Assembly (NCBI RefSeq): GCF_001997385.1
Contig: NZ_CP019633.1
Location: forward strand, 720,001-752,000
Length of the DNA stretch: 32,000 nt
Reading direction: 5' to 3'
DNA from: Sedimentisphaera cyanobacteriorum
GTDB taxonomy: Bacteria > Planctomycetota > Phycisphaerae > Sedimentisphaerales > Sedimentisphaeraceae
Position numbers and translations under genes: made by a program. Below are positions 10,589 through 20,024 of the stretch, in pieces (the stretch's first letter is position 1; every line of letters begins with the position of its first letter). The notes under the pieces are model-generated. The model did no database searches. It was not told the DNA's origin and saw only the letters and a program-made list of their open reading frames with translations.

Positions 10589-13531
10589 ATGAAAAAATAT
10601 AATTCGAATAATTTATGTTACTCAGAAATTAAGCTCTCGTTTCTGCATGTCTTGTTGTTAACTGCCTTAATCAATGTTCATTCTTACGCGCACGAGATTT
10701 GGTTTAATTCTTCAATGGAATACTCAGATTCCCGTCCGCAGCTGAGTCCGCAAAGCGAAGCTAACTTCTCCAGGGCCGATTTCGATGCGGAAAATATCGG
10801 CGGTTCAGGTAATAATTCAAGCGGAGGCAGCGATAACGGCACGGCAAACGACAGCTTTACCTATATTGCAAATAATCAGCCGATTCAAGGTCAAACTTTC
10901 ACCACAGCAAATTCAGCTCACGGTTACAGACTGAATTCGATTACCGTTCAGATGGCAGGATATTCAAGCAATATCGTAGAGGGCAGTAATCAGGTTTTTT
11001 GGGACCTTAGAAAGCATAACGGCCCGATTATCCTAACAGTCGCAAGGATTGAAGGCAGCAGCAGAAAGGTTGTAACAACCCAGCTCTTTAAGGCGGGCGG
11101 ACTGGATAACCCGGGCAGGGGGCAAAGCTCAAACGGCCCCGGTACTTACATCACATTCCATCTGCCATTTACAACATTTCTGCAGCCGAATACTCTGTAC
11201 GGCTTTGAGATTGCAATCGGCAATGGCAGCGGCAATTTTTTTGAATGGCTTGGAACCAAAAGCGATTCCTATCCGGCAGGAAGCGCTTATCATCATTCCG
11301 GCAGTGAGGTTGCTCTGCTTGATGGAGACCATACCTTTGCTGCCGATATGACTGCCCTAAGCTCTCCTCCGAAAGGGTTTGAACATCCATCTGCACTTCA
11401 CAGTCAAAAAGAGCTCAATTTAATGAAAGAGAAAGTAGAAGCTGAAGAGCAGCCATGGCTTTCAGGCTGGAATAAACTTCTCAGCAGTCCATACAATAAT
11501 CTCGGCTGGCCTGCATACAACGTTGACTATATTTCCAGAGGCGGCGAATCAGATAACTATACCCGCTGCCAGCAGGATGCGCATCTGATTTACACTCAGG
11601 CCATAAGATGGCATATTACAGGATATAAAGCTTATGCAGACAGGGCAGTTGAGATAGCGAATGTGTGGTCTGATTTGGTTGGTTTGAAGGGCAATTCGAA
11701 CAGGTCTTTAGCTGCTGGAATATGCGGCTTTTTATTCGCCTGCTCAGGCGATCTGCTAAGCTCATACCCGGGCTGGAAAGATGAAGATAAGAAGGCTTAC
11801 AAGGATATGATGATGCGTGTGTTCTACCCTGAAAACTTAGACTTCCTCTGGCGCCATCACGATACTTTTTGGAGAGAGGGCGGCAACACGCACTACCGCC
11901 TGAACTGGGATACCGCAAATATGGCCTCTATGGCGGCTATCGGCGTTTTCTGCGATAACAGGGCTGTTTACCAGCAGGCCTTAGACTTTTTCAAATACGG
12001 CCCGGGCAGCGGAAGGGTTGAGCGGGCGGCTTGGTATATCCACCCAAACGGGCTCGGCCAAGGGGAAGAGGCCGGCAGAGACCAGGGGCACAATCTTGGC
12101 GGATGGTACTTTATGGCGATGCTCTGCAAGATTGCCTGGAATCAGGGTGATGACCTTTTCGGCTATGATAACAACCGGGTGCTTAGAGCATTTGAATACA
12201 ATGCAAAATACAACCTCGGACGCGACGTACCCTACACCCGCCATCAGAACTGCGATATGGGATACACCGAGGGCTCAGTTTCAATCGCAGGAAGAGGGCT
12301 CGGCGGATACTTTCAGTATGAGCTGGTTTACAATCATTATGAAAAGCAGAAGGGCATCGCCGCACCTTGGAGCAGAAGGGCTGCAGAGCAGTTAATGCCC
12401 GAGCCTTGGCCGGATACCGGCATACATCCATCTCAGGTGGATTGGTTCGGCCTTGGAACGCTTACATTCACAAAAGAGCATCAGGCTGATGAAACGCCTC
12501 CGCAAGGGCTCAGAGCAAATTGGAGCAACAATCAGATTACCCTGTGCTGGTGGGGCTCAGCGGGTGCCGACAGTTATATTGTAAAACGCTCTGAATCGCC
12601 TGATTCAGCCTTTACTGAGCTTGGAAGGGTTTATCCCCCGGACTTGTATTTTCATGACACAAGCGTTGAAAACGGCAAAACTTATTATTATATCGTGGAG
12701 GCTGCAGGGTCATCTGAGAATCTGCAGAGTGAGCCTCTGCGAGTCTCGCAGGAGCTGGCCGCTCATTATACATTTGAAGGCAATGCCGATGATCTTGCCG
12801 GAAGCAGAGATGCCAAGCTCTGCGGAGCAGAAGACGGCCTGCCCGGTTTTGCCTCTGGATATAAAAGCGCAAAGGCCATAGATCTCAATGGAAAAAACCA
12901 GTACGTCAAACTTCCCGCAGGAGCGGGCAATTATCAGGATATTACCGTTTCAGCCTGGGTTTACTGGCGCGGCGGGGATAACTGGCAGCGGGTGTTTGAT
13001 TTCGGTTCGGAGATTGAAAAGTCTATGTTCCTTACAGTTTCCGGCGATGGAGGGGTTCAGTTCGGACTGACAACCACAAAATGGGGTGATTTCGAAGGCG
13101 ATGCCTGCTATTATCTCCGCGGACCGGAAATGCCCGTTAATCAGTGGACTCATCTGGCTGTTACGCTGAAAGGCGATACAGCAGCGCTTTATGTAAATGC
13201 AGAGCAAAAGGACGAAAAGACGGTGAGTCTTGTTGACCCGCTCTTTGCCCAGCCTTACTGCTATATCGGCAGGAGTATGTGGAATTCAGACCCGTATTTC
13301 AACGGCAAAATCGATGATTTCAGGATTTACAACTTCGGGCTTTCTCATGAGAAGATTCAGAGACTTGCAAATGATGATGACCCGCTGCAGGTTTTGCGTG
13401 CAATGGCAGAATGGTGGCTTTCAGTTTGCCCCTCTGAAAAGGAAAAAGAAAGCTGTCTCGCAATAGACTTTGATTCGAGCGGTATGGTTGATTTTAAAGA
13501 TTTCTGCATAATCGCCTCAAACTGGATTTGA
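10589..13531 (+). CDS. Secreted multidomain protein: unknown beta-rich N-terminal module, alginate-lyase-fold (alpha/alpha toroid) domain, FN3-like domain, LamG domain and a dockerin-like C-terminal repeat
   Basis: 980 aa. Approximate nucleotide ranges are given for each module.
- About 11375..12470 is the alginate-lyase-like region (HPSALHSQKELNLMKEKVEAEEQPWLSGWNKLL..., GNTHYRLNW, EAGRDQGHNLGGW, AWNQGDDLFGY).
- About 12505..12745 is FN3-like (LRANWSNNQITLCWWGSAGADSYIVKR...GKTYYYIV).
- About 12755..13370 is LamG/Laminin_G_3-like (HYTFEGNADD...ITVSAWVYW...WQRVFDFG...WTHLAVT...NGKIDDFRIYNFGLS).
- 13459..13528 holds an EF-hand/dockerin-like loop (DFDSSGMVDFKDF). Confidence 0.6.
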   Translation: MKKYNSNNLCYSEIKLSFLHVLLLTALINVHSYAHEIWFNSSMEYSDSRPQLSPQSEANFSRADFDAENIGGSGNNSSGGSDNGTANDSFTYIANNQPIQGQTFTTANSAHGYRLNSITVQMAGYSSNIVEGSNQVFWDLRKHNGPIILTVARIEGSSRKVVTTQLFKAGGLDNPGRGQSSNGPGTYITFHLPFTTFLQPNTLYGFEIAIGNGSGNFFEWLGTKSDSYPAGSAYHHSGSEVALLDGDHTFAADMTALSSPPKGFEHPSALHSQKELNLMKEKVEAEEQPWLSGWNKLLSSPYNNLGWPAYNVDYISRGGESDNYTRCQQDAHLIYTQAIRWHITGYKAYADRAVEIANVWSDLVGLKGNSNRSLAAGICGFLFACSGDLLSSYPGWKDEDKKAYKDMMMRVFYPENLDFLWRHHDTFWREGGNTHYRLNWDTANMASMAAIGVFCDNRAVYQQALDFFKYGPGSGRVERAAWYIHPNGLGQGEEAGRDQGHNLGGWYFMAMLCKIAWNQGDDLFGYDNNRVLRAFEYNAKYNLGRDVPYTRHQNCDMGYTEGSVSIAGRGLGGYFQYELVYNHYEKQKGIAAPWSRRAAEQLMPEPWPDTGIHPSQVDWFGLGTLTFTKEHQADETPPQGLRANWSNNQITLCWWGSAGADSYIVKRSESPDSAFTELGRVYPPDLYFHDTSVENGKTYYYIVEAAGSSENLQSEPLRVSQELAAHYTFEGNADDLAGSRDAKLCGAEDGLPGFASGYKSAKAIDLNGKNQYVKLPAGAGNYQDITVSAWVYWRGGDNWQRVFDFGSEIEKSMFLTVSGDGGVQFGLTTTKWGDFEGDACYYLRGPEMPVNQWTHLAVTLKGDTAALYVNAEQKDEKTVSLVDPLFAQPYCYIGRSMWNSDPYFNGKIDDFRIYNFGLSHEKIQRLANDDDPLQVLRAMAEWWLSVCPSEKEKESCLAIDFDSSGMVDFKDFCIIASNWI

Positions 13532-13645
13532 TTTTTAATCATTATAATAATTTCTGCTTAATTAGAAAAATTAAAAAACGGATAAAGGTTTAAAGCCTTT
13601 TTACTTTTCCTCAAGCTTAAATTGAGATACTCAAGGAGCATTAAA

Positions 13646-15832
13646 ATGGGAGAATCAGTTAAAACACAATTGGCATTTCTAACCTTCATTTTTGCAGGAC
13701 TGCTTATTTTCAGCTCCCCACATGAAGGGAAGGCAGAAACAAAAGAGCAATTCTCCAGCTATTTATTTACATACTTCACCGGCAACGGCCCTGGACAGGA
13801 GCAGATACACTTTGCTCTCAGTCTCGACGGCTTCAATTACAAGGCTCTAAATAAAAACGAGCCTGTTATTTCTTCTGAAAAAATCAGCTCTACAGGCGGC
13901 GTGCGTGATCCGCATATCCTGCGTGGAGAAGACGGGGAAACTTTTTACATGGTGGCTACTGACCTGTATGTCCCTGAGATGGGGTGGAATAATTATGCTA
14001 TGATTATGCTTAAATCTAAGGATATGATCCACTGGCAATCTTCCGTGGTTAATATTCCAGAAACTTACCCTGAAAAATTCGGCGATGTGAACCGCGTATG
14101 GGCGCCGCAGACCATCTATGACCAGAAGGCAGGGAAGTATATGGTTTATTTTTCTATGAAACACAGCGATGAGCCTGATGTGATATATTACGCCTATGCA
14201 AACGATAATTTTACCGGACTCGAATCTGCTCCAAAACAGCTTTATTTCCCGCCCGAAAACAGCAATACCAAAGCATGCATTGACGGAGACATAATTAAAA
14301 AAGACGGCAGATTCTACTTGTTCTATAAAGCAGAAGACGGAAACCCGGGTATCAAGCTTGCTGTTTCAAACAAGCTTACAGAGGGCTACAGGCTATACAG
14401 CAGCAGGCGGATGGACAGTTCGCGTCATAGAGTGGAGGGTTCGGGCATTTTCAAGCTCAACAGCAGCAGCGACTGGATCCTGATGTACGATGTTTACACC
14501 CGCGGCAGATACCAGTTCACACGTTCTTCTGATCTTCTCAATTTCGAAGTAATTGATGATGAGATCTCGATGGATTTCCACCCAAGACACGGAACTGTAA
14601 TGCCGATTACAAGCAGCGAATACCTCAGGCTGGTTGAAAAATGGGGCTTACTGAAGCATCTGTCATTCAAAGCGGGTTCAGAATACGTAAAAACTAATAA
14701 TGTTTCAGTTGATACAAAAAATAACATAATCCATCTTCCGGTGAAAAGAGGTGCTGATCTCAAAAGCTTCGACCCTGAATTGAGCGTGTGCTCTTTTGCA
14801 TCAATAATGCCTGAGGGCAAGCAGGATTTCTCCCAAGGACCAGTCGAATATACCGTAAATATTGCTGAAAAAAAAGAGGTTTACAATATTACCGCTTCTC
14901 AATGGAATAATCCGGTGCTTGAAGGATTTTATGCCGACCCTGATGCGATTTATTCTGAAAAAACAGGCAAATTCTATATCTACCCAACAAGCGACGGATA
15001 TACCGGCTGGTCTGGAACGTATTTCAAGGCCTTCTCTTCAGAAAATCTGGTTGATTGGGAGGATGAAGGTGTAATCCTCGACCTGAAAAAAGATGTAAGC
15101 TGGACGAACCGAAATGCATGGGCACCCTGCATAATAGAAAAGAAAATCGACGGGGATTATCAATACTTCTACTACTTTACCGCTGCCCAGAAAATTGGAG
15201 TTGCGGTTTGTGATGAGCCCGCTGGAACTTTCACTGACACGGGCAAGCCCTTAATCAGCTCTGCTCCGAAGGGGGTAAACCGCGGGCAGGAGATAGACCC
15301 CGACGTATTCTGCGACCCGAAGACAAACAAGAACTATCTGTATTGGGGCAATGGGTATTTGGCAGCTGCCGAGCTTAATGAGGATATGGTTTCCATCAAG
15401 AAGGATACGCTGAAGATTATGACTCCGGACAGTACATTCCGTGAAGGCGTGCACGTTTTCTCCCGCAAAGGCAAATACTACTTCCTCTGGTCTGAAAATG
15501 ACACAAGAAGCCCCGATTACCGCGTGCGATACGCCTTGGCAGATTCGCCGACGGGAGATTTGATGATACCTGAAGATAATCTGGTTATTGCCAAATCGCC
15601 GGAAAAGGGGATTTACGCAGCCGGCCACAATTCTACAGTCAGCATACCCGGCAAGGACGAACGCTATATTGTGTACCATCGATTTACATACCCCAAAGGC
15701 ATCGATATGGGGCGTTCGGCCGGTTATCACAGAGAAGTGTGTATAGACAGGCTCAAGTTCGATCAGTCCGGAAAAATTATCAGAACCGAGCCAACTCATA
15801 AGGGAATTTCACCTGTATCGGTTGAACAATAA
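13646..15832 (+). CDS. Secreted tandem GH43 glycoside hydrolase (two beta-propeller catalytic-type modules)
   Basis: I prefer the ATG at 13646, which has AAGGAG at 13633..13638, over the TTG at 13622 used by the ORF track. The signal peptide is QLAFLTFIFAGLLIFSSP. Module 1 has GGVRDPHILRGEDGETFYMVATD, VWAPQTIYDQKAGKYMVYFS and IDGDIIKKDGRFYLFY. Module 2 has EGFYADPDAIYSEKTGKFYIYPTSD, NAWAPCIIEK, EIDPDVFCDPKTNKNYLYWGNG and REGVHVFSRKGKYYFLWSEND. Confidence 0.8.
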   Translation: MGESVKTQLAFLTFIFAGLLIFSSPHEGKAETKEQFSSYLFTYFTGNGPGQEQIHFALSLDGFNYKALNKNEPVISSEKISSTGGVRDPHILRGEDGETFYMVATDLYVPEMGWNNYAMIMLKSKDMIHWQSSVVNIPETYPEKFGDVNRVWAPQTIYDQKAGKYMVYFSMKHSDEPDVIYYAYANDNFTGLESAPKQLYFPPENSNTKACIDGDIIKKDGRFYLFYKAEDGNPGIKLAVSNKLTEGYRLYSSRRMDSSRHRVEGSGIFKLNSSSDWILMYDVYTRGRYQFTRSSDLLNFEVIDDEISMDFHPRHGTVMPITSSEYLRLVEKWGLLKHLSFKAGSEYVKTNNVSVDTKNNIIHLPVKRGADLKSFDPELSVCSFASIMPEGKQDFSQGPVEYTVNIAEKKEVYNITASQWNNPVLEGFYADPDAIYSEKTGKFYIYPTSDGYTGWSGTYFKAFSSENLVDWEDEGVILDLKKDVSWTNRNAWAPCIIEKKIDGDYQYFYYFTAAQKIGVAVCDEPAGTFTDTGKPLISSAPKGVNRGQEIDPDVFCDPKTNKNYLYWGNGYLAAAELNEDMVSIKKDTLKIMTPDSTFREGVHVFSRKGKYYFLWSENDTRSPDYRVRYALADSPTGDLMIPEDNLVIAKSPEKGIYAAGHNSTVSIPGKDERYIVYHRFTYPKGIDMGRSAGYHREVCIDRLKFDQSGKIIRTEPTHKGISPVSVEQ

Positions 15833-15860
15833 TTTTGGTTAGTTTTAAAGGGTTAGAATT

Positions 15861-18542
15861 ATGAGAATCAGGAAGTTTTTTTTATGTTCAGTTTTAGCTG
15901 TTTTCTGTATTCTGCTGATGCGCAGCGATTTGTTTTCAGCGGAGAAAAACAGCCGCAAAGTGCAGGATTATCTCGAGCCTGTGCCTTTTACAGAGGTGAG
16001 CTTTAACGATGAATTCTGGCTTCCCCGCTTGCAGACAAACCGCAAGGTTACCGTTCCGCATATATTCAATAAGCTTGAAGAAACCGGCCGGATAGACAAC
16101 TTTGCAATAGCAGGCGGCCTTAAAAACGGCAAGCCCCGCTATCATTTTCCGTTTGATGATACCGATATATACAAAACGCTTGAGGGAGCGAGCTATTCTC
16201 TGATGGTTTCGCCCGACCAGGAGCTTGAGAATTATCTTGATGAGCTTATAGAGCTTATCGCAGCGGCCCAGGAAGAAGACGGGTATCTTTATACCGTCCG
16301 CACCAATAGCGGTGATATATGGAGCGGAAAAGAGAGGTGGTCTTATCTCTCTATGAGCCACGAGCTTTACAACGCGGGACATCTGTTTGAAGCCGCGATT
16401 GCTCATTATCAGGCTACAGGCAAGAAATCGCTTCTGAATGTAGCAGTGAAATTTGCCGATCTTCTGGTGGAAACCTTTCATGAGAGCGGCGTTGAAATCC
16501 CGCCCGGTCATGAGATTGTTGAATCAGGCCTCGCAAGGCTTTCTGATGTTACCGGCAATAGAGACTACTTGGAACTTGCCAGATATTTCGTTGATATTCG
16601 GGGCAGGGTTACAGAAGACTACGAGCCTTGGGGCGAATACCATCAGGACCACAAACCCGTACTCCAGCAGGAAGAGGCCAAAGGCCACGTTGTAAGGGCG
16701 CTTTATCTGTACATAGGTATGGCAGATATAGCTTCTCGGATTCCGGATTCTGGCTACAGCGAAGAGCTTATGGATACGCTGGTAAAGATATGGCACAGCA
16801 TCAATGATACAAAGATGTATATTACCGGCGGGCTAGGAGCAAAGCATGGCGGAGAGTCTTTCGGCAGGCCTTACGAGCTACCGAACGACGGATACTGCGA
16901 AACCTGCGCTCAGATTGCAAATGTTATGTGGAATCAGCGTATGTTCCTTCGCTTCAAGGAAGGCAGGTATATAGATTCCCTCGAACGCAGCCTCTACAAC
17001 TCGCTAATCAGCGGAGTATCGCTGCAAGGTGATACCTTCTTCTACCCCAATCCGCTCGTCTCAAGCGGCGGCTATTCACGGAGCTCGTGGTTTGAATGCA
17101 ACTGCTGCATAGGGAATATTGCACGTACAATCCCTTCTATCCCCGGCTATGTTTATGCCCGCAGCGAGGACGGGGTATGGGTTAATCTTTTTATTCCGGG
17201 CAAGGCTGGGTTTGAGCTGTCGAACACTCAGGTTGAATTTGTTCAGAAGGGCGGTTATCCTTGGAAGGGCAATATCTCAATAGAAGTTTCACCAAAAGAT
17301 GAGGCTCGGTTTACAGTGTATCTCCGCATTCCCGGCTGGGCACGGAATAAACCTGTCCCAAGCAGCCTCTACCGCTATAAAGAAATGTTTGATAAACAGC
17401 CCGAGCTTTCTGTAAACGGAAAATCAGTCCCGCTGAAAACACAAAAAGGCTACGCTGCTATCAGCCGCAAATGGAAGTCAGGGGATAAAATTGAGCTGAA
17501 CCTGCCGATGAAGGTTAGGAAGGTTTTGCCGCATCCGAATATCAAAGCGGACAGGGGCAGAATTGCCATGGAAAGAGGGCCGATTGTTTACTGCGCTGAA
17601 TGGCCTGATTTTAACAGCAAACGTGTAACGCATTTGTATATCCCCGAAAATGCAGAGTTCAAGGCTGAATACCGCAAGGATATGCTTGGCCTTAATGGCG
17701 TTGCTGATAAAGGCTGCGTTCTTACAGGCACTGTAAAGGGTCTTTTCGAAAACGAAAAATCCTTGGCAGTATCTAAAAAAGTTGATTTTACTGCAATCCC
17801 GTATTACGCATGGGCTCACAGAGGCGAAGGTCAAATGGCGGTATGGCTGCCTGAAGAGAAAGATTTGGCAAATCCAATTCCTAAGCCTACCGTTAAAAAG
17901 ATGCTTGGCCATTGGAAGCTTGAAGAGGAATCAGGAACTGCTGCAAAAGATTCAAGCGGACAAGGCGGCACCGGCAAACTCGCTGACGGGCTTTCTTTTG
18001 ATGAAGATTCAAAAGAAACTGCTGCAGGAAGCTGTCTCCATTTCGATGGTACCGGCGACTATATCAAACTGCCCGAAGGTTTTGATGATTTTGTAAAGGG
18101 ATGCACAATCTCTGTATGGGCATATCCAACAGCAGTTAATAGATGGGCGAGGTTTGTGGATTTAGGCAGCGGCGCGGCTTCAGACAATATCTTTCTAACG
18201 CGTGAGGCGGATTCGAATAATCTGATATTCGATTCCTTTACAGGAGCAAGCTCATCAGGCCTTGTTCGGGCGGAAGATGCTGTAGAGCTCAATGAATGGC
18301 AGATGTTTACCGCTGCTGCAGGCCCTTCAGGCAATGCTAAGCTTTTCAAGAACGGCAAACTTATAGCCGATGGAAAAATAGAGGTCTCAAATATAAAGCG
18401 AACCCGCAATTTCATCGGCAAAAGCAACTGGTCTGCCGATGAAAACTTTCAGGGGCTTATGGATGATGTGCGAATTTACAATTACGGCTTGAGCGATTCG
18501 CAGGTCAAGCAGCTCTATAAAAACACAAAACCAAGCCATTGA
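15861..18542 (+). CDS. GH127 beta-L-arabinofuranosidase-like (DUF1680) fused to a C-terminal LamG domain
   Basis: 893 aa with a signal peptide (FFLCSVLAVFCILLMRSDLFSA). The N-terminus is GH127-type (FNDEFWLPRLQTNRKVTVPHIFNKLEETGRIDNF). The Zn/Cys catalytic motifs GYCETCA (E-x-C) and FECNCCIGN (C-C) are present. The LamG module lies at about 17904..18522 (CLHFDGTGDYIKLP...CTISVWAYP...WARFVDLG...MDDVRIYNYGLS). Confidence 0.88.
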   Translation: MRIRKFFLCSVLAVFCILLMRSDLFSAEKNSRKVQDYLEPVPFTEVSFNDEFWLPRLQTNRKVTVPHIFNKLEETGRIDNFAIAGGLKNGKPRYHFPFDDTDIYKTLEGASYSLMVSPDQELENYLDELIELIAAAQEEDGYLYTVRTNSGDIWSGKERWSYLSMSHELYNAGHLFEAAIAHYQATGKKSLLNVAVKFADLLVETFHESGVEIPPGHEIVESGLARLSDVTGNRDYLELARYFVDIRGRVTEDYEPWGEYHQDHKPVLQQEEAKGHVVRALYLYIGMADIASRIPDSGYSEELMDTLVKIWHSINDTKMYITGGLGAKHGGESFGRPYELPNDGYCETCAQIANVMWNQRMFLRFKEGRYIDSLERSLYNSLISGVSLQGDTFFYPNPLVSSGGYSRSSWFECNCCIGNIARTIPSIPGYVYARSEDGVWVNLFIPGKAGFELSNTQVEFVQKGGYPWKGNISIEVSPKDEARFTVYLRIPGWARNKPVPSSLYRYKEMFDKQPELSVNGKSVPLKTQKGYAAISRKWKSGDKIELNLPMKVRKVLPHPNIKADRGRIAMERGPIVYCAEWPDFNSKRVTHLYIPENAEFKAEYRKDMLGLNGVADKGCVLTGTVKGLFENEKSLAVSKKVDFTAIPYYAWAHRGEGQMAVWLPEEKDLANPIPKPTVKKMLGHWKLEEESGTAAKDSSGQGGTGKLADGLSFDEDSKETAAGSCLHFDGTGDYIKLPEGFDDFVKGCTISVWAYPTAVNRWARFVDLGSGAASDNIFLTREADSNNLIFDSFTGASSSGLVRAEDAVELNEWQMFTAAAGPSGNAKLFKNGKLIADGKIEVSNIKRTRNFIGKSNWSADENFQGLMDDVRIYNYGLSDSQVKQLYKNTKPSH

Positions 18543-18579
18543 TTCATTAGATTGCCGACTGCAGACAAATGTTGAAAAA

Positions 18580-18608
18580 AGGGTGCTTTCAGACGGGAAG
18601 CACCCTTA
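18580..18608. terminator. Bidirectional hairpin terminator between the convergent GH127 and dctM genes
   Basis: A perfect 10-bp stem, AAGGGTGCTT (18580..18589) pairing with AAGCACCCTT (18599..18608). An A-run lies upstream and AAATTTTT downstream, so a T-tract follows the stem on either strand. Confidence 0.7.
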
Positions 18609-18638
18609 AATTTTTATCACAAATAACTATATGATGGA

Positions 18639-20024
18639 CTATTCCTCAGCGGGCTTTTCAGCTGGATCTTCCTGCTTCATTCCCAAAACGCTGCTGTTCC
18701 ATTGCTCAACTGTTTTTTCTACAGCCTCCGCTTTTAACTGCCCCGTTTTAACAGGCAGCCAGAGCGATACCTTCGGGACGTAGGTAATTACCATCAGCGA
18801 GACAACCATTGCCCCGAAGAACGGGAGCATATAACGTGTAACTTTGGCGATAGTAGTCTTTCCTGCACCGCATCCGATAAACAGGCAAGTCCCCACCGGC
18901 GGCGTACACAGTCCGATGCAGAGGTTGGCAATGAGCATAATCCCGAAGTGGATCTCGTGCATACCCATAGTTTTTACTACAGGCAGGAATATCGGCGTAA
19001 AGATAAGCACTGCCGGGGTCATATCCATAAAAGTGCCCACAAAAAGAAGCAGCAGATTGATTGTAAAGAGGATTACAACAGGGTTGTCAGAGAGGCTTAT
19101 AAGCCCGCTGCTTACAGACTGCGGTATGTTGGCCATTGTCATTATCCAGCTCATCCCCGAGCTTGCTCCTATAAGAAGCATTACCACAGCAGTTGTTATT
19201 CCAGTTCGCTTGAGTATTTCGGGAAGCTCTTTCATCTTTATCTCCCGATACACCCAAACCGAGAGGATAAATGCATAAAGCACCGCTACCGCAGCAGCCT
19301 CTGTGGCTGTGAATATTCCTTTCAGAATCCCGCCTATTACTATTATTACAAGCAGAAGGCTCAGAATTGCCCGTTTGAACGACAGCAGTGCCTCAATAAA
19401 CGAAACCCTGTCTGCAGAGCTGTATTTGTATCTGAAGGCAAAATAGCCGCATACGAACATTATAAAAAGTCCTGTGATTATCCCCGGAATTATCCCTGCC
19501 ATAAACATCGCAGCAATGGATACGCTCCCCGCTGCAACGGAATAAACAATCATTACATTGCTCGGAGGGATAAGAAGTCCTGTAGTTGCAGCGGTTGTGG
19601 TTACGGCTACGTTGAATTCGCGGTTGTAGCCTTTCTTGTTCATTTCCGGAATCATAAAACCGCCTACTGATGAAACCGCAGCTGCTGCAGAGCCCGAAAT
19701 AGATCCGAACAGCATGCAAGTAAGCGTGTTTACGTATGCAAGTCCGCCGGGAAACATACCCACTAATGAATTGGCAAAGTCGATAAGTCTTCGTGCCATA
19801 CCGCCTCTACCCATTAGCTGGCCGGAAAAAATAAAAAACGGAATCGCAAGCAAAGCGAAGCTGTTTACCCCTTCGGCCATCTTCGCCGCCACCATAACTG
19901 TGGGGTCGCTTCCCTGAGCAGCGATCGCCATAAAGGCTGCTATAGCAATTGAAACCGCTATAGGAACGTTGATTATCAGCAGGAGTACAAATCCAAGTAC
20001 AAGAATCAGTGTGATTGAACCCAT
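18639..20024 (-). CDS. dctM: TRAP transporter large permease subunit
   Basis: 461 aa polytopic membrane protein with DctM-like sequence (SFALLAIPFFIFSGQLMGRGGMARRLIDFA, LFGSISGSAAA). AGGAGGA lies upstream of the start. The ATG overlaps the dctQ stop codon (TAATG). Confidence 0.9.
   Translation of the reverse strand: MGSITLILVLGFVLLLIINVPIAVSIAIAAFMAIAAQGSDPTVMVAAKMAEGVNSFALLAIPFFIFSGQLMGRGGMARRLIDFANSLVGMFPGGLAYVNTLTCMLFGSISGSAAAAVSSVGGFMIPEMNKKGYNREFNVAVTTTAATTGLLIPPSNVMIVYSVAAGSVSIAAMFMAGIIPGIITGLFIMFVCGYFAFRYKYSSADRVSFIEALLSFKRAILSLLLVIIVIGGILKGIFTATEAAAVAVLYAFILSVWVYREIKMKELPEILKRTGITTAVVMLLIGASSGMSWIMTMANIPQSVSSGLISLSDNPVVILFTINLLLLFVGTFMDMTPAVLIFTPIFLPVVKTMGMHEIHFGIMLIANLCIGLCTPPVGTCLFIGCGAGKTTIAKVTRYMLPFFGAMVVSLMVITYVPKVSLWLPVKTGQLKAEAVEKTVEQWNSSVLGMKQEDPAEKPAEE

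Noticed and set aside
15251-16511. Minus-strand ORFs of 182 aa (15251..15799) and 191 aa (15936..16511). A similar one lies at 26997..27524.
   Set aside because: Each is fully embedded antisense in a strongly supported gene (GH43, GH127 or gnd) and has no family resemblance.
18948-19670. A 240-aa plus-strand ORF, together with the 144-aa ORF at 18844..19278
   Set aside because: Both are antisense to dctM. Their Tyr/His/Cys/Arg-rich composition is a translation artefact of reading a hydrophobic membrane-protein gene on the opposite strand.
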